Shown here: piece by piece, positions 1 through 15,843 of the stretch
How positions within the stretch are numbered: position 1 is the stretch's first letter
How the letters are laid out: every line of letters begins with the position of its first letter
Assembly (NCBI RefSeq): GCF_009914755.1
Contig: NC_060940.1
Source: the human T2T-CHM13v2.0 reference genome, Homo sapiens
Direction: 5' to 3' (one strand)
DNA: 64,000 bases
Notes under the pieces: model-generated
The model's input: the letters and a program-made list of their open reading frames with translations, nothing else
Told to the model about the DNA's origin: nothing
The model's database searches: none
Program-made: the position numbers and the translations under genes

Positions 1-1820
<1,820 letters not shown>

Positions 1821-2755
1821 TGGGATTTACTCTCATTTTAGTGGGGTTTTAGTTAGGACAAGAAATAATGCATGTGCTTATTCCACCATATTGAGCCAGG
1901 AGCACATTGCACATTTTTAAAAAGATCTTGCTGCTTGTGTTATTGGAGCCTCTATAACACTTAGCTCATGGTTTTGTTAATTAATTGTCCAAGTTCATAT
2001 TCTCTAAATGGACTTGTTGAGAAGTGGAAACTGTGTCTCATTCACTTTGGGATAGTCTCAGTGCTAAATTGGAGCTCCATAAATGCTTGTTGAATGAATT
2101 AGTGAATTAATACTGTTGTCTTATTGGTAAAATTGCAAGTTTAAAGAGTCAGGACTGAAGGTAAGAGTGCTTTTTAATTAAAACCTTTGTAGGGAAATGC
2201 AATTTACCTTTCAGGACATTATTCTTTTCAGGCTACAGCTTTTTAAGAGCTGTTAACATTAGCACCCACTTCTGCCTTTGTGGCAGGAAACACTTCTTAA
2301 AAATGTTGTCACATATTTTCTGGTAGAATGTATACGCAACACTTGGGGGAATTTTATTCTTGGCCATTTATCCTGGTCATTTTCTAATCTGATCTCAATG
2401 TAAAAGTTATTGTGGAATAACAGAAAAATACATCTTTCCAATCCATCTAGTCTCTTTTGTGTGTGGTTGTATGAAATACCAATTTACTCTTTTAAAGAAT
2501 TCTTAAGGTTCCATGTATAATTTTAAAGACAAATGGATATATTTTAAGATCAAATTTCCTCAAATTTTTTCCTGTTCTAAAGAGTGTAGAATTGTATTAT
2601 ATATTCACTTAATCTTTCAAAGGTTCAGAAGCTAAGAAATTAGAGCAAGATCATCAAAATATGTCACTTTTTAATTCCTCTGCTTGTAAAGGCAACATAG
2701 CTTAGTGATTGCAAGTACTGTAGAGCCCGGTGGCCTGTGTACAGCTCCACCTTTT

Positions 2756-3045
<290 letters not shown>

Positions 3046-3631
3046 ACAGCTCCACCTTTTACTAGCTGTGTGGCCTTGGGCAAGTCACTGAATCTCTCCA
3101 AGCCTGTTTTCTCACGTGTAAAAGGGTTTAATAATAGTACATTCTAGGGTTGTTAAGAAGATTAAATCGGTTAATGTTTACAAAGTATTTTAAATGGTGC
3201 CTGATATACACAGTAAGTGTAATATAAGCATTAGTTTAAGCAAAATAAAATAGTGAAATTAAAGTAAAAATAAAACTTTATTTTATAAATATTTCTGCAT
3301 TTTATTCTTCTGACTTTCCCAAGAAGTAAAAATTACCCTCTTTTATGAAGTTATGTCATACTTTAATAGCTTGCATTTTTGGAAATCAGTTGAATATTGA
3401 GGGGACAAAGAACCCTTCTAATTTTCCTTCAACATCTTCTATATAACAGTGATGCCTATCTCCCTATTTATCTCACAGTGTTGTATTTAGCAAGGTTTTG
3501 CGCTTGGTACCTCTGTTTTTCTTTTAGTCTAAACCTTCGGTTGTCCATGATTCAACTTTAAATTATATCTCTGAACGGCCCCCTCCTCACCACGAAGTTG
3601 ATTCTAGAGATTTTCCCATCATAATATTTAA

Positions 3632-4082
<451 letters not shown>

Positions 4083-5989
4083 TGAGCATCTGTGGCTTGC
4101 AGAATTGTGTCAACTTGCTAGAGACAGACTTTTGATTTAGCATTCGTTTCCATTTTTATGCTTATCTGTCTTTTTTATTTGTGTTTGCAGAATTTTCAAT
4201 TTCTCATCAATCTCTCTGGGTCATTATTATTGTCTTAGCATCTCATTGTCCAGATTTTCAAGAAGTTAAGAAAGCTTAGTCAGATGGTTGACTATATTTT
4301 GTAAATATATGACTCAGCTAATGGCTCTTTGAAATTTACATGGACTTTTTTTACTTAGTAGTCTTAGTCTGTGTAATGCCATCTTTGAGGGACTTCCATG
4401 CACAATCTCATATCATCTCCGTATATTTGTTTCTAGCTGGGTATTTGAGGCTAGATAGACTCACAAGATGTTTACAGAAACAAAGATGAGTCAAAAATCC
4501 AAATCTCCTAATTAGTGTAATTTTCAATATAGCCCAGTCCTGCCCAGCATCAGGAGACTTGACAGCCCCCAAACCAAAAGGGCATCTGAAATACATATTG
4601 CTCATCCCTCCGCCTGCCTCCCCCATGCCGAGACAGGAGCTGTGGTGAGCGTGTGGATGGCACAGGCTCTGCGGGTGTCTGACTAGAGAGCCTCAGTTAC
4701 GCGCTCTCCACCTCATCACACAGCAGCCCCGTGTAATAGAAATCGCTTATTATGAGGGTTGGCTAAATAAAGGCACATTGTGACCGGTCACAATTTCTAA
4801 ATGAATCCTCCTGACTGATCTGGTCCTGACACTTTCAAAGCTGCCGTTATTACTGAACCTGAACATGTGGAAAGGACAAGTCAAGACAGAATGATAAAAT
4901 TCTTGAATGCTTTTGCTTAAAATTATTCATTCTCTTGTGTGTGTGTAAATGGGGACACACACGCACACATACACACACTCCATAGACACTCTCGCATACT
5001 TAAACGGTTCCCTAGGTGCACTTTTATCATTTTATCTCATCTCACTTTGGTAGTTTCCATTGTAGTCCTTCTGTAGACTAATTCTCTAAATATTTAGAAA
5101 AATAAGAGGGTCTTTTATCTGTGTGTAGTCGTGGATTTTGCTGCCTCTTAAAGCATTATCTTTTCTAAGTCCTTAAGTGTTAGAAGTGGGAAAACCATCT
5201 TTCTTTTAAATTTAGCAAATGGCACTTATGTGCATATGTACTGATGCCATATACACACTTACACTGTAATAGAAACATCGTGGAAAAGCAAACCATAGGC
5301 TTTTATCATAGGCATGAGCTTTTTCCCTCTCATCTCCGCCTGGAAAGATGGTTAGGAGAATGAGAGGCCTCTCTGGATCTGTATTTATAAGCCTTACTGG
5401 AAAAAAAAAGTCAATTATTTTTTAGACTCAGCTCACACCATAATAAATGTGAATCTAAACAATCGCTCAAGTGCTTTCTAAGCAATGGTTCTATCTATGA
5501 TCACTCAGACTTCCTTCTTTTATTTAGTAAAAAGGTAACAAATAAGAATGGAGTGCCATTTGCATGTTTCTTATTTTTACTCAATATGGAGTCCAGTGGT
5601 TGAGTAGGCTCATCCAGTAGCAAAGAGAAGCAAACAAAATTGATTTCCTGTAGCCCACAGTGATTTTCCCTAGATTTAGAGAGCATGTGATTCCAAGATG
5701 GGTGTGGGGTAAAACTCTCAAGGCTTTCCTGGCGAGAGACCCGGGCATGCTGGTGGAGAAACCAGACATCATGCTTGGGAGGTTGGGGCCTCTCTCCTCC
5801 TTGAATGAGCTCTGTTTTAGGATGTTGTTCATGTGAAAGTATTGCACTTACCTCAGCATAAAATGTCAAGCCATCACATCCTTGGGATAGAAACAATTAA
5901 GGAAGGATTTATGTTTGTAAAAACATGTGCCTATTAAGGTAAGTAATTAGGGCACATGAAAGAAAGATAATATGGAGATGTAAAAATTG

Positions 5990-6195
5990 GGGGTTCTGCA
6001 GTCAGACCCCCTGGATTTAAATCCTAGCTCCACTTGCTGAGTGACCTTGGGCTAGTCATTGAACCTCTCTGAGCCTCAGCTTCTTTCCCTGTGAAATGGG
6101 GAAACTAATGGGTTTATTGTGAGTATTAAATGAGTTAATACATGCAAAACAATTCACACATAGTAAGCATGAAATAAATACTAATTATTATCATT
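5990..6195 (+). mobile_element. MIR
   Basis: MIR core gtgaccttgggctagtcattgaacctctctgagcctcagcttc...tgtgaaatgggg. Confidence 0.8.
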
Positions 6196-6779
6196 GTTAT
6201 GCACTAAGAAAGGATTTTTGCAACTAAAGTGTCAAAAGAAATGGAGATGCTAAAGAATTATTTGGCTTTAAAAGATGAATTCCAGTACAAAATGAGGCTG
6301 TTTAACAACCAGATTCCATATTACAATCAGAAAGTTCCAGCAGAGTACCTCAGGCTTCATCTGGGGAACATGTTTAAAGGTACCAATAATTTTTGGGTTT
6401 TTTTTTCCAATTTTAATAAATGAAATTCTCATTCCTTTCTGTCTGTCTCTCTGTTAGCGCTATTGCTTTATCTTACTCTGTAGTCTGTATTTCTCTTCCT
6501 AGTTTCTTTTTTTTTTAGAACTAGTTGTGAATTCTTTATTCTCTCACATAGACATATGACAGTGGGGAAGGAGGGCATGTGTGTTTCCTAAATGTTAGCA
6601 AGAAGTCTGTCTTGCCATCTCCATAGAGTGGAAAATTCAGCAAGTAGAGTCTGTTAATGTCATTCCCCTTCAAATCACATTCAAAAGTGTGCTTAATGCA
6701 CTGTGTACATTAATCAGACATTTTGATCATGAGTAATGGTGATGCCTTCAGAAGTTTGGGGTGGGGGTGTGGGTTTTGT

Positions 6780-7226
6780 ATATCTTGGAAGGAATCCTAA
6801 GTCCTTGGGTGACTTCGAAGCAGTCTGTATGGGCGCTCCTCCCACATCCATTGCATCTTTGTCAGACACATGGCCCCTAGGCTCCACTTTGTCCATAGGC
6901 ATGGAAAGGTGAAAGTGCCTGGGAATTAATATCTCTGGGGACACTCTGAAGCAATGACTGCTGGTTATATGGGTATAAATACTCCAGCTCCCTCACCCCT
7001 TGGCTAAAGTAATTCCAAGGCATGTACTTTGCAGTTTTCCAGAGTTACCCTGTGAGATTCAACTGCCATCACCCACTGTGGTAGCTGACTTAATAATGCA
7101 TCCTATATTGTGTGGCCGCCTTCCCTTCCCTGTCTAACTTCTCCCTCACTACCCAGACTCTCTGTATCTCCCAATACACCACTCACTTGTTCGGGGTCAC
7201 TTCTGGAGTTTCCAACCCCAGATGAT
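6780..7226 (+). mobile_element. LTR16-like (ERVL) solo LTR
   Basis: Resembles LTR16 consensus (gggtataaatactccagctccctcacccct...ccttcccttccctgtctaacttctccc). Confidence 0.6.
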
Positions 7227-8634
7227 GTGCACACTTTCAGAGGTAGAAGTGAATCTACTAAGCCTAGACTAGGTATCATCAAAACCACTCTGGGCTGCAA
7301 ACTGGCAGGGTGCAGGCCGCAAATTTGGCAGAGCTCTGCTTTCCCTGGGTTTGGAATTCCACTGACTCAGAGCCTGAATAATCGTGGAGGCAGACCTGTC
7401 AAGGTGTTATCTGAAGAGCTGTTGGGGAAGTGGACCAAGACCACAGCTGCCCATTCTCTCACCCCACCTTCTTTCTGCAGAGTGGCCCATTTGTGATTCA
7501 GGAGAAAGAGTGCAGGAGCAGTGGTCAGCATGCTGTGATCGATGATTTCTGAGCGTGGGTGGGCCTTGACAAATGCTCCTATCCACTTCATTCCCTCTTA
7601 ATAGACCCATCAGACAGGTGCTTGTTGTTTTCCAGTGCCAACCTGGGTAAACCAGTCATCATGTGCCCCAGTGTGTCAAAGAAAATGCCTGCTTCCCAGA
7701 AGGTTTCCCACTAATGGGGAAAAGAAGGTTGATTCACACAGCCTTTTATTGCAAACCAATTCATTCTTTGGCAATCTGAAACCAAAACTGCACATTTAGC
7801 CAGGCAGGTCTTTTAAAAGCATGTCCTTTACCGTACTGTCCATTGCAGACTCCCATCCATATCTTCTTTCTTGTTTTGTGTTATCATTTTTGTGATGCTT
7901 TAATACTCAATACATGAACTGAAGCTATGTGGCTTCTGTATCGCAGTGTATTAGGATTCCAGAAAGACATGCAATCCCTGAGCAGACAATAAATTTGATT
8001 TTGCACAAGTGGCATCCTTTATACTTTGCTCATAAGGCGATCTCTCAAGTGTATTTTTTTTTCTGAAACACAACACAAATAGTCTGATGAAGTAAAAATG
8101 GGTTGCATGATGGGTTTTGTGCTCAGCAAAAAGAACTTGGACAAAGCAGCCATGCTGATGTTCTTATTTACAAAGGTTGCCGTCTGGGAAATTAATCTCT
8201 GCTGTTGCTCAGTAATTAGGAAAATTTAGGACCCCTAGTGCTCCAGCATCTTGCATTAAAGGTTGTATGTCATTGGTGTTTTCATGAGAGTTTGCTGGAT
8301 TTCTGTCATTAATAACAGGCATAAGCCCAGCAAGCAGTAGAATATGCATTGCATTTAATCAATTTGCTATTTGTATTCATTATGCATGTCATCCGTTTTG
8401 AGTCATGAAAAATTGAAAGGCCATTACGAATAGAAAGAGCATCATGGATTACAAATGATGTAACAAGAGCATAAGCGCTATTAATTGGTCAATTGTGCTT
8501 GTCGGTACATTTAAAGTGATTAAGGCAGAAAGATTAGAAAGGACACGAATGTGCTTGGGAAACAGAAGCATAGCAACACAAGGGCTCTCCCAAGTCCTTT
8601 GTGCCCAAATAAATGCAGCAAAATCCAATGGCAT

Positions 8635-8900
8635 TTATTCCAACTAATTCATTAAACAGATATTAGTTGAGCACTTACCATGTGCTGAGTACAAGGATTG
8701 TACTGAGTACAGCAGAAAACAAAATAAGTGAAGCCCTTGACCTCAGGGATTTACCTTCCAGAGGGGAGGGGGAAGTATGAAATGAACAAATAGATATACA
8801 ATATAATATATTGTAGTAGCAGAGACCATGAAGACCACCAGAAGCAGAGAGGAAGCCCTCTTTGGGGAAATGACATTTGAACAGAGGTTTAAATGAAGAA
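8635..8900 (-). mobile_element. L2 3' fragment
   Basis: cattaaacagatattagttgagcacttaccatgtgc... is a typical antisense L2 end. Confidence 0.65.
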
Positions 8901-8915
8901 AATAAAAAGACAGGG

Positions 8916-9214
8916 GGTCCGAGCACAGTGGCTCATGCCTGTAATCCCAGCACTTTGGGAGGCTGAGGTGGGAAAATCACTTGAGCCCAGGAGTTTGAGA
9001 CCTGGGCAACATGGTGAAACTATCTCTACAAAAATACAAAAATTAGCCAGGCGTGGCAGTGCACACCTGTAGTCCCAGCTACTCAGGAGACTGAGGTGGG
9101 AGGATCGCTTGAGTCCAGGAAGTCGAGGCTGCAGTGAGTCCAGATCACGCCACTGCACTCCAGCCTAGGTGATAGAGCGAAACCCTGTCTAATAAAAGAA
9201 AAATAAAATTAAAA
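8916..9214 (+). mobile_element. AluJ element
   Basis: Dimeric Alu with J-type features (gagcccaggagttt, gaggctgcagtgag) and A-rich tail. Confidence 0.93.
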
Positions 9215-9439
9215 GGCTACATGGATATCTGGGGGAAGAATAGACTCAATATCCCCCACTCCCATTCCAACACTCAAGAAGAAAAGAAAATTCTTGCAAT
9301 TATTTTTTTACTCAAGTGATTTTGTGAGGCTTGACCCAATAATGGAATGGCTTCGCCAAGGCTAGAGAACTCACTCAGCCGGTTTTCCCATTACAGACCT
9401 CTTGGGTGATAGCAATTCTGTTAAAGTGGAAACTGATGG

Positions 9440-9930
9440 CATCATTTGCCATTTTTACTGTCCCCATACATAGTCCTTACCATGGCATGCAGACCCCTAC
9501 GCTATCCAGCTCCTGCCTCCCATTTCATACCACTCCTCCTTCTCCTGCCAAGTTCTAGCCCCTGGACTTTCTGTTGCTCACATTTCCAGTTCGTTCCTGC
9601 CTCTGCACCCATGCATTTGCTGTCTCCTGCCCTCAGAAATCCAGACCTGAGCTCCCAGGCCACATCCTCAGAGACACCTTCCATGACCACCAGGGTTGCA
9701 CCTGCTCCCTGGCCCCTGTGATTTGATCCCACTACACTCATTACTGCCTGAGTTCTGTGCTATCTGCTTACTCGTTTCTTACCTACCTCCCATGTTTGAT
9801 ATAAGTTCCATGAGACTAGGCCCAGGTCACTTGAGTTCACTGCGGTATCCCATCACCTGGAACAGTGCCCGGTACAAAGAGGCTCAGTACGCCCAAATCA
9901 AATGAATGAATGAGTGGATCAATCAATCAG
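9440..9930 (+). mobile_element. L2 3' fragment
   Basis: Degenerate L2 ending in aatgaatgaatgag. Confidence 0.6.
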
Positions 9931-10539
9931 CCAACCAGCCAAAAATAAAATGAAAAATTGACAGTTGGGTTTCTGCTTTTGTATTTGGTAACTATTTTAA
10001 AATTTTGTATTTAGGTAGCTATTTTTTTAAACCACATGAAAGAAAGGGATGTTTGTTCTGCACAGCATTCTCTGGAGTGATTAGGTAGCATTGGTATTTG
10101 TGCTTCATGTGTCTACAATCTATTGCCATGCATTTCTAATAACATAATATTCCTTTTCAATATACTGACTTGTTTTTCTTTTTCTTTTCTTTTTTGTTTT
10201 TACTGGCTAAATGCTATAGCATTGTCTTTGAATATTAGCAAATAATGGAACATGGGCCAAGGGTGAACCATGACGAATTTGTGTTCCAGCAGCCCTGCTT
10301 CTTTAGAATTGACAGTCTGGCTTCGTGGTTAATTCACAGCATCTGAGGAATACATCCGAAGAGGGTGATACTGTGGCATGATGGTACCAGGATTCCAAGT
10401 TCATTCCAGGTACAGTCGATGCATCATTCACAGCAGACTCGTGAGTGTCCATCCTGTGCCAGACTCCATCGCAGGTGCTGGGGATACCAGGCAGAGGATG
10501 CAGTGTTGCCAGCTATCAGGAAGACCTGACGGTCAACAA

Positions 10540-10714
10540 TCGTGCTTCCAAAGCCACCTGCATATTATACTCCCTTGGGGGTCAGCTGTAATATACCTGT
10601 GCCTAGGCCCCATCCTAGGCCAATGGAATCAGAATCTCTGGGCCTAGGGCTGGCACACCCATCTTTTTTAAGCCTCAAGTGCTGTTCATGGGCAGTCAGG
10701 GCTGAGACCCCCTG
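10540..10714. mobile_element. MER5-family hAT-Charlie MITE (uninterrupted)
   Basis: ggccccatcctaggccaatggaatcagaatctctggg...gggctgagaccccctg matches the MER5A/B pattern. Confidence 0.7.
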
Positions 10715-11099
10715 CTGGAGTAGAAGGATGGTGCATAGGTAGCAAAACCACAAAGCAATGGGCAAAGGCCAAGTCACAGATGGCAGTTGCGTAAGCTGGA
10801 AGTGGTGACATTTCTCTTCAGTGCATAACCACAGCTCAGAATGAATATTTGTATGGATCAGGAGGCCAAGTGACCTGGTATTGAGCAGTAGATAAACATT
10901 GCATCTATTTATCACCACCCCCAAAAAACCTTTTTAAAATGGCAAATACCATTCATTAAATGATTATTTTTCCTGCATGAGGTCAAACAAATAATCTCAA
11001 TTTTCTGGGTGTTGGGGATTCAAACAACACCCAAAATGGGATGTTGTATACTAAGTCAAATAAAGAATTTTAATAGAGACATAATGTCTTTCCTAACCA

Positions 11100-11319
11100 G
11101 CAGGTATGAGAGAAGGGAAAATAAGAGAATCTGCCTGGTAACCATCAGGGGGAATGAATTAACATGTTCTCTAAGACTATGTTAGAAGGTCAGAGCCCAG
11201 CACAGTGGTACATGCTGTAATCCTAGCACTTTGGGAGGCTGAGGCAGGAGGATCACTTGAGCCCAGGAGATCAAGGCTGCAGTGAGACATGATCACGCCA
11301 CTGTACTCCAGCCTGAGCA
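11100..11319 (+). repeat. Donor of ~220-bp local inverted duplication (copy at 12216-12435)
   Basis: Reverse complement of 12216-12435 aligns over ~220 bp with about 19 differences by hand count, including ~95 bp of non-Alu unique sequence. Confidence 0.95.
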
Positions 11320-11366
11320 ACAGAGCGAGACCCTTTCTGAAAAATAAATAAAAAATAAATAAATAA
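11195..11366 (+). mobile_element. Alu monomer (FRAM-like)
   Basis: Single Alu arm with A-rich tail; TSD aaggtcaga at 11186-11194 and 11367-11375. Confidence 0.85.
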
Positions 11367-12147
11367 AAGGTCAGAATTTCATGAAGTGGGATGGTAAAGT
11401 TGTTGTGAAATTCTCTCCCTCAGATACCCTCTGCCTTTGATGGTGGGCATTAAAATGCTTAGACTGGAAAAAAAAAAAGCAAATCTTTCTGGGTAATTAA
11501 GTGAAGTTTATGTTATTCATTTGAAGATCAAGCTTTGCTTCTCCCCTTGAACACAGGTGAAAATAACAGGAAAATGATAATAACTTTATAAGGGCCAAAT
11601 TACCACTCACAGTGGTACTTCTGAGTGTGTGTTGGAAAATTACATCTTTTGTCAAGTGATAAACTCTGATTTTTTTTTAAAAAAAAGCAATGTTCGTGAT
11701 CTAGTAAGCACTTTACAAAAGCTAACATGCTTTATGAAGGTGTGTACACAGACTGCCTAACCTCACACTGCAGCCTCACTTACTCTAACACACTCTATGG
11801 CCCTCCATGGAGGAGCAGAAGCTTCCACCCACGGGATGACTTCAGATGAACGCTTTTGATGCTGGGAGCAGCAGCCACCCATGTCTCCAGATACCTGTTC
11901 CTCTGACTCTGCCTCCTTGGATTTTACAGTTACCAACAGTTCATGATGATCTTCAGAAATGTTCACAGTTTCAGAGGAGCCACATATTTGAATGTTTAAA
12001 GAAAGCAATATTTTGCAAAACGCAAGGATGATCCAAGAGAGCCACAGGAGGATCTAGCAGCCCTTTGTCGGGAAATGAAAGTAACCAACAAGATCAGGCC
12101 TGGAAAGACCTTCCTGGATCCCCCAGGACATGCTCCCTTCTGTGAAG

Positions 12148-12539
12148 CAGCGGTTCTCAGCCCTTGCTGCTCATTGAAGTCAACTGGGGTGCTAGAATAA
12201 TACTGATGCCTGATGTGCCCAGGCTGGAGTACAGTGGTGTGGTCATGGCTCACTGCAGCCTTGATCTCCTGGGCTCAAGTGATCCTTCTGCTTCAGCCTC
12301 CAAAGCGCTAGGATTACAAGCATGCACCACTGTGGTGGGCTCTGACCTTTTAACATAGTTTTAGATAATATGTTAATTCCTTGCCTCTGATGGTTACCAG
12401 GCAGATTCTCTTATTTTCCTTTCTCTCATACCTGCCAGGATCTCATACCTGTGCCAGAGATTCCTGAGGAAGGAGGGGCAGTGTATTTTGGAAAAGCTCC
12501 CAGGTGAATCTGAAGTGCAGCCTGGGTTGGGAACCACTG
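12148..12539. mobile_element. MER5B-like hAT-Charlie MITE split by an inverted local duplication
   Basis: Left arm cagcggttctcagccc...aatactgatgcctg (12148-12212); right arm ccagagattc...gggttgggaaccactg (12454-12539); TIRs CAGCGGTTCTC / GGGAACCACTG. Confidence 0.8.
12216..12435 (-). repeat. Inverted copy of 11100-11319 (unique sequence plus truncated Alu monomer)
   Basis: Direct hand alignment; the copy lacks the Alu tail and 3' TSD of the donor. Confidence 0.95.
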
Positions 12540-12632
12540 ATGTAGTCCCAGATTAGTGACTGAAATGGGTAATAAGGGAAGCAGTGTTGGCAGCACATTC
12601 TACCAAGCTCAAAGTCTTGACATGTCCTGGAG

Positions 12633-12645
12633 CCAGCAGAGGGCA
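12633..12645 (+). promoter_or_regulatory. CTCF core-motif match
   Basis: CCAGCAGAGGGCA fits CCASYAGRKGGCR; motif match only. Confidence 0.4.
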
Positions 12646-13509
12646 AAGACTTCATTGCTAAGAGAGAAGCTTTAGTGGGAGAAGATAAATAAGTCTGTTT
12701 CCAGGCAAATGTCCCCTTTCTGCTGTCAGCTTCCTGGCTATTTCTGCCCTGCCTGAGCCTGAGGATTTAGACATCACTTTCACGTAAATGCCATAAATGC
12801 CAGCTTCCAGGTCTCTCCACACATTAATGACATTGTGGTGAGAAAAGCCACTTGCAAATGAAGTAAATCCTTGAAAGAGTCAGACAATAGTGGGCTTTGT
12901 AAGCTCTGCCTTACAGGAGAGCCTGCAGGGGGATTTTCGGTGATCTATGCAGGGATCAAGCTGCCATGGCCAAGGCTCTCAGGACAAAGGCCTCATGGAG
13001 TCTTTTGTTTGCCACCGCATGTGACTTTACTCCTGCATCTCCTGCAGAGCTCTCCCAGGACAGTTGAGTAAGAGTGGAGAAGCAATTGGGGTGAACCCCA
13101 AGACTCAGCCTGATCCCTTGAGGGGCTTTGCAGCATAAATTACACCTCAGAGCCTGGGGCAAAGGAGCTGTGAGGCATTTTTCTCTACATGGGTTAGTCA
13201 TTGGCTACCTGGGCTCTCGGTAAGAGTGATGTGGCTCCAGAGCCCAAGAAAAGCGGCCCCTGCGGTCCTGGGGTGGGGAGCTCTTAGCAGCACAGCACTC
13301 AGAAGCTGCGAGATGGGTGCGCAGAGCTGTGCTAGGGATCCTGGAGTCTGGGCAAACAGCACTGCATGTGCTCCACAGGTGAAGCCTTGCCTCCTCCATC
13401 CGTCAGCTCAGCACCCTGTATGGAAATGCAAACTGTGACGTGTGCTTCTGCGTTTCCCACCTCTGATATGATAGATGGCACCGCAATGCTTTTCTCTTCC
13501 TCAGGGCCC

Positions 13510-13789
13510 ATTTCCAGGCTGGACTGCAGTGGTGTGATCTCCCCTCACTGCAGCCTCCACCTAAAGTAATCCTCCCAGGCTAAAGCGATCCTCCCACTTC
13601 CCACCTCAGCCTCCCAAGTAGCTAGGACTACAGGTGCATGCCACCACACTGGCTAATTTTTATATTTTTTGTAGACAGTTTTGACATGTTGCGCAGGCTG
13701 GTCTTGAACTCCTGGACTCAAGCGATCCGATCTGCCCGCCTTGGCCTCCCAAAGTGCTGGTATTACAGGCATGAGCCACCATGTCTGGC
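13510..13789 (-). mobile_element. AluJ element with small internal duplication
   Basis: Antisense Alu; ctaaagtaatcctccca / ctaaagcgatcctccca repeated at 13561-13596. Confidence 0.88.
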
Positions 13790-13914
13790 TCCCATTTCCT
13801 TGTCTTCATTGTTGTTGGTTTTTTTCTTGTTACTATCACAGTAGAAAATCTAGCATGTTGGGGAAAGGGTGTGACTAAGGGAAAAGAGACGGGGAGGTCA
13901 CTTCGACTATGACC

Positions 13915-14620
13915 TGTGCATCAGTTAAGATGTTAGTGGCAGCAAGAGACAAGATGCCCAACCACAAGGGAACCCCAACACTGGAGACTTTTTCTCATGT
14001 GTTGGGAAGTCTGGCAGCAGGTGGTCCAGGCTGTGTTGCTCAACAATGTCAGGGCTCTTGGTGGCTGCTCTGCCATCCTCTTGGTGGCAGGGTGGCTGCC
14101 GCAGCTCCTGGCATCATATCCTCACACAATAATATCCAAAATCAGGGAAGGAGGGACAGCTTCTTGTCACTCATTGTTCTCTAGTTAGAAAGGAAAAGAC
14201 TTCCCAGCTCCAGCCACAGACTTTACTTTGCAGGAGAAAGTTCGGCCAGGTTTGCATCTGGAGGCTGGGAAAATGATTATCTGGCATTTGAGCTTCTGTC
14301 TGCCATGCCCTGCAAAAGAAGAGGTGCTGGTTTTTCTCCAGTCATCCCTTTGGGTCCATTCTCTGTCCCACTCTATCCTCTTCCTGGCTCCGTGCCCTTG
14401 GAGGCCAATCCTGGATTTCATCACTAGGCTCTGCCCTTGGACTTATCATTTACTTCAGCCTAAGGAAGGCACCAGGAGGAGACAGGAAAGCCAGGGAGAG
14501 AGGCTGGGTGTTTCCTCCCTACCAAATGCCACCTTTACCCAAGGCCATGAAGATACTGCCCTTTGTCACCTTCTGAGGCATTGTTTTCCCTCCCTATTTA
14601 CACCTGCTGTCCACCTGGAA
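13915..14620 (-). mobile_element. Old MLT1 and LTR33-like LTR fragments
   Basis: Degenerate MaLR/ERVL-type sequence; family calls approximate. Confidence 0.45.
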
Positions 14621-14634
14621 ATGATTTCCCCTCT

Positions 14635-14960
14635 GATTTTTATTATGAAAGTTTTCAAGTCTACCGAAACATTAAAAATAGCTTAATGAACACTAATATC
14701 CTTCCACTAAATTCACCAATAGTTAATGTTTTGCCACATTTTTTCAAAATATAGATGTAAATAGGTAGACAGATCGTACATTGAGCTGTACAATTTTTTT
14801 TATTCCGAACCATGTGAATGTTTTAAACATTTTGACATTTCCCTCCTAAATATTTCAGTGTGCTTCTCCTAAGGATAAAGACATTATCCTAACAATGCAA
14901 AATAACATCAATTCAATAATATCACCCAATTACACTTTTTTGCTTAAAATATACTTTCTT
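14635..14960 (-). mobile_element. L1MC/ME 3' fragment
   Basis: ttttattatgaaagttttcaag...cctaaatatttcagtgtgcttctcctaag. Confidence 0.55.
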
Positions 14961-15009
14961 AATAATCTCCAATATTTGATATTTCTTTGCAGCTGACAAA
15001 GCACTTTCT

Positions 15010-15190
15010 CTATCATTATTTCCTTTTATTTCCACAGTAGCCTCTGAAGCAACTGTGATCAGCTCCCTTTTCTAGATGAGGAAAAGAATCAGAGAGGCTA
15101 AGTGACCAGCCAAGGTCACACAGCTAATGTATAGCAGTCTGGGATTCAAAGGCAGGCCTTCCAAATCCAAATGCCACACACTTTCTGTGG
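15010..15190 (-). mobile_element. MIR
   Basis: agatgaggaaaagaatcagagaggctaagtgaccagccaaggtcacacagct. Confidence 0.75.
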
Positions 15191-15843
15191 CATTATAGCC
15201 CCTTCTCACAAGTGTGTTAGTTTTCCTAGAACTTAGACCCCTAAGCAATTCTTATATTTGCTCCCCACCAACCTTCCCATCCACCAAAATTGAGGATCCC
15301 CTTTCCAGCTTCAAATAACAATACTCTAGTGATGCTGGTGATTCACCTGGGCCTCTGTTTGATGTGGGAAAATGCTAGGCAATGCGTTTGGACATTGCAT
15401 TTTATTTAAGCTAGTGTGATTGATTACATAGTATTTCTTAACTGCATTATGCCTGATTCTCCTCTCATTCTCTGGGCTCAGAGTGAAAGAAAGCTTCCCT
15501 CTGCAAACCCTTGGGTTTATCCTCCTTGATGGGGAGGACCTGGTTTATACTTTTCAGTAAGCAGGTGAGAACGAGTGTCCTTGAAGCCAACAAGGGCAGG
15601 ATCTCTGACTCTCCTTCGCTTACCAGATCTGCCTCCCAGCATCTCTCGAATCAGCCCATGCCTCTCCTTCACCGTTGCCGCTGCACCAGTTCAAGCCACC
15701 TTGACTCTTGCTGGGAAAACACAGCAGCCCCTCACCTGGTCCCACGTGGCTGAGCATCTCCTCCAATTGACAGCTGAATCTCATCAGGCTGCCATTCCAC
15801 CCAGATCCCTTCTGTGGGGCCCACTACATGTAGTAAATTACAG

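Noticed and set aside
6229-6423. Protein-looking 64-aa ORF (MSKEMEMLKNYLAL…)
   Set aside because: GTG start, no recognised homology, no convincing splice context or pseudogene hallmarks.
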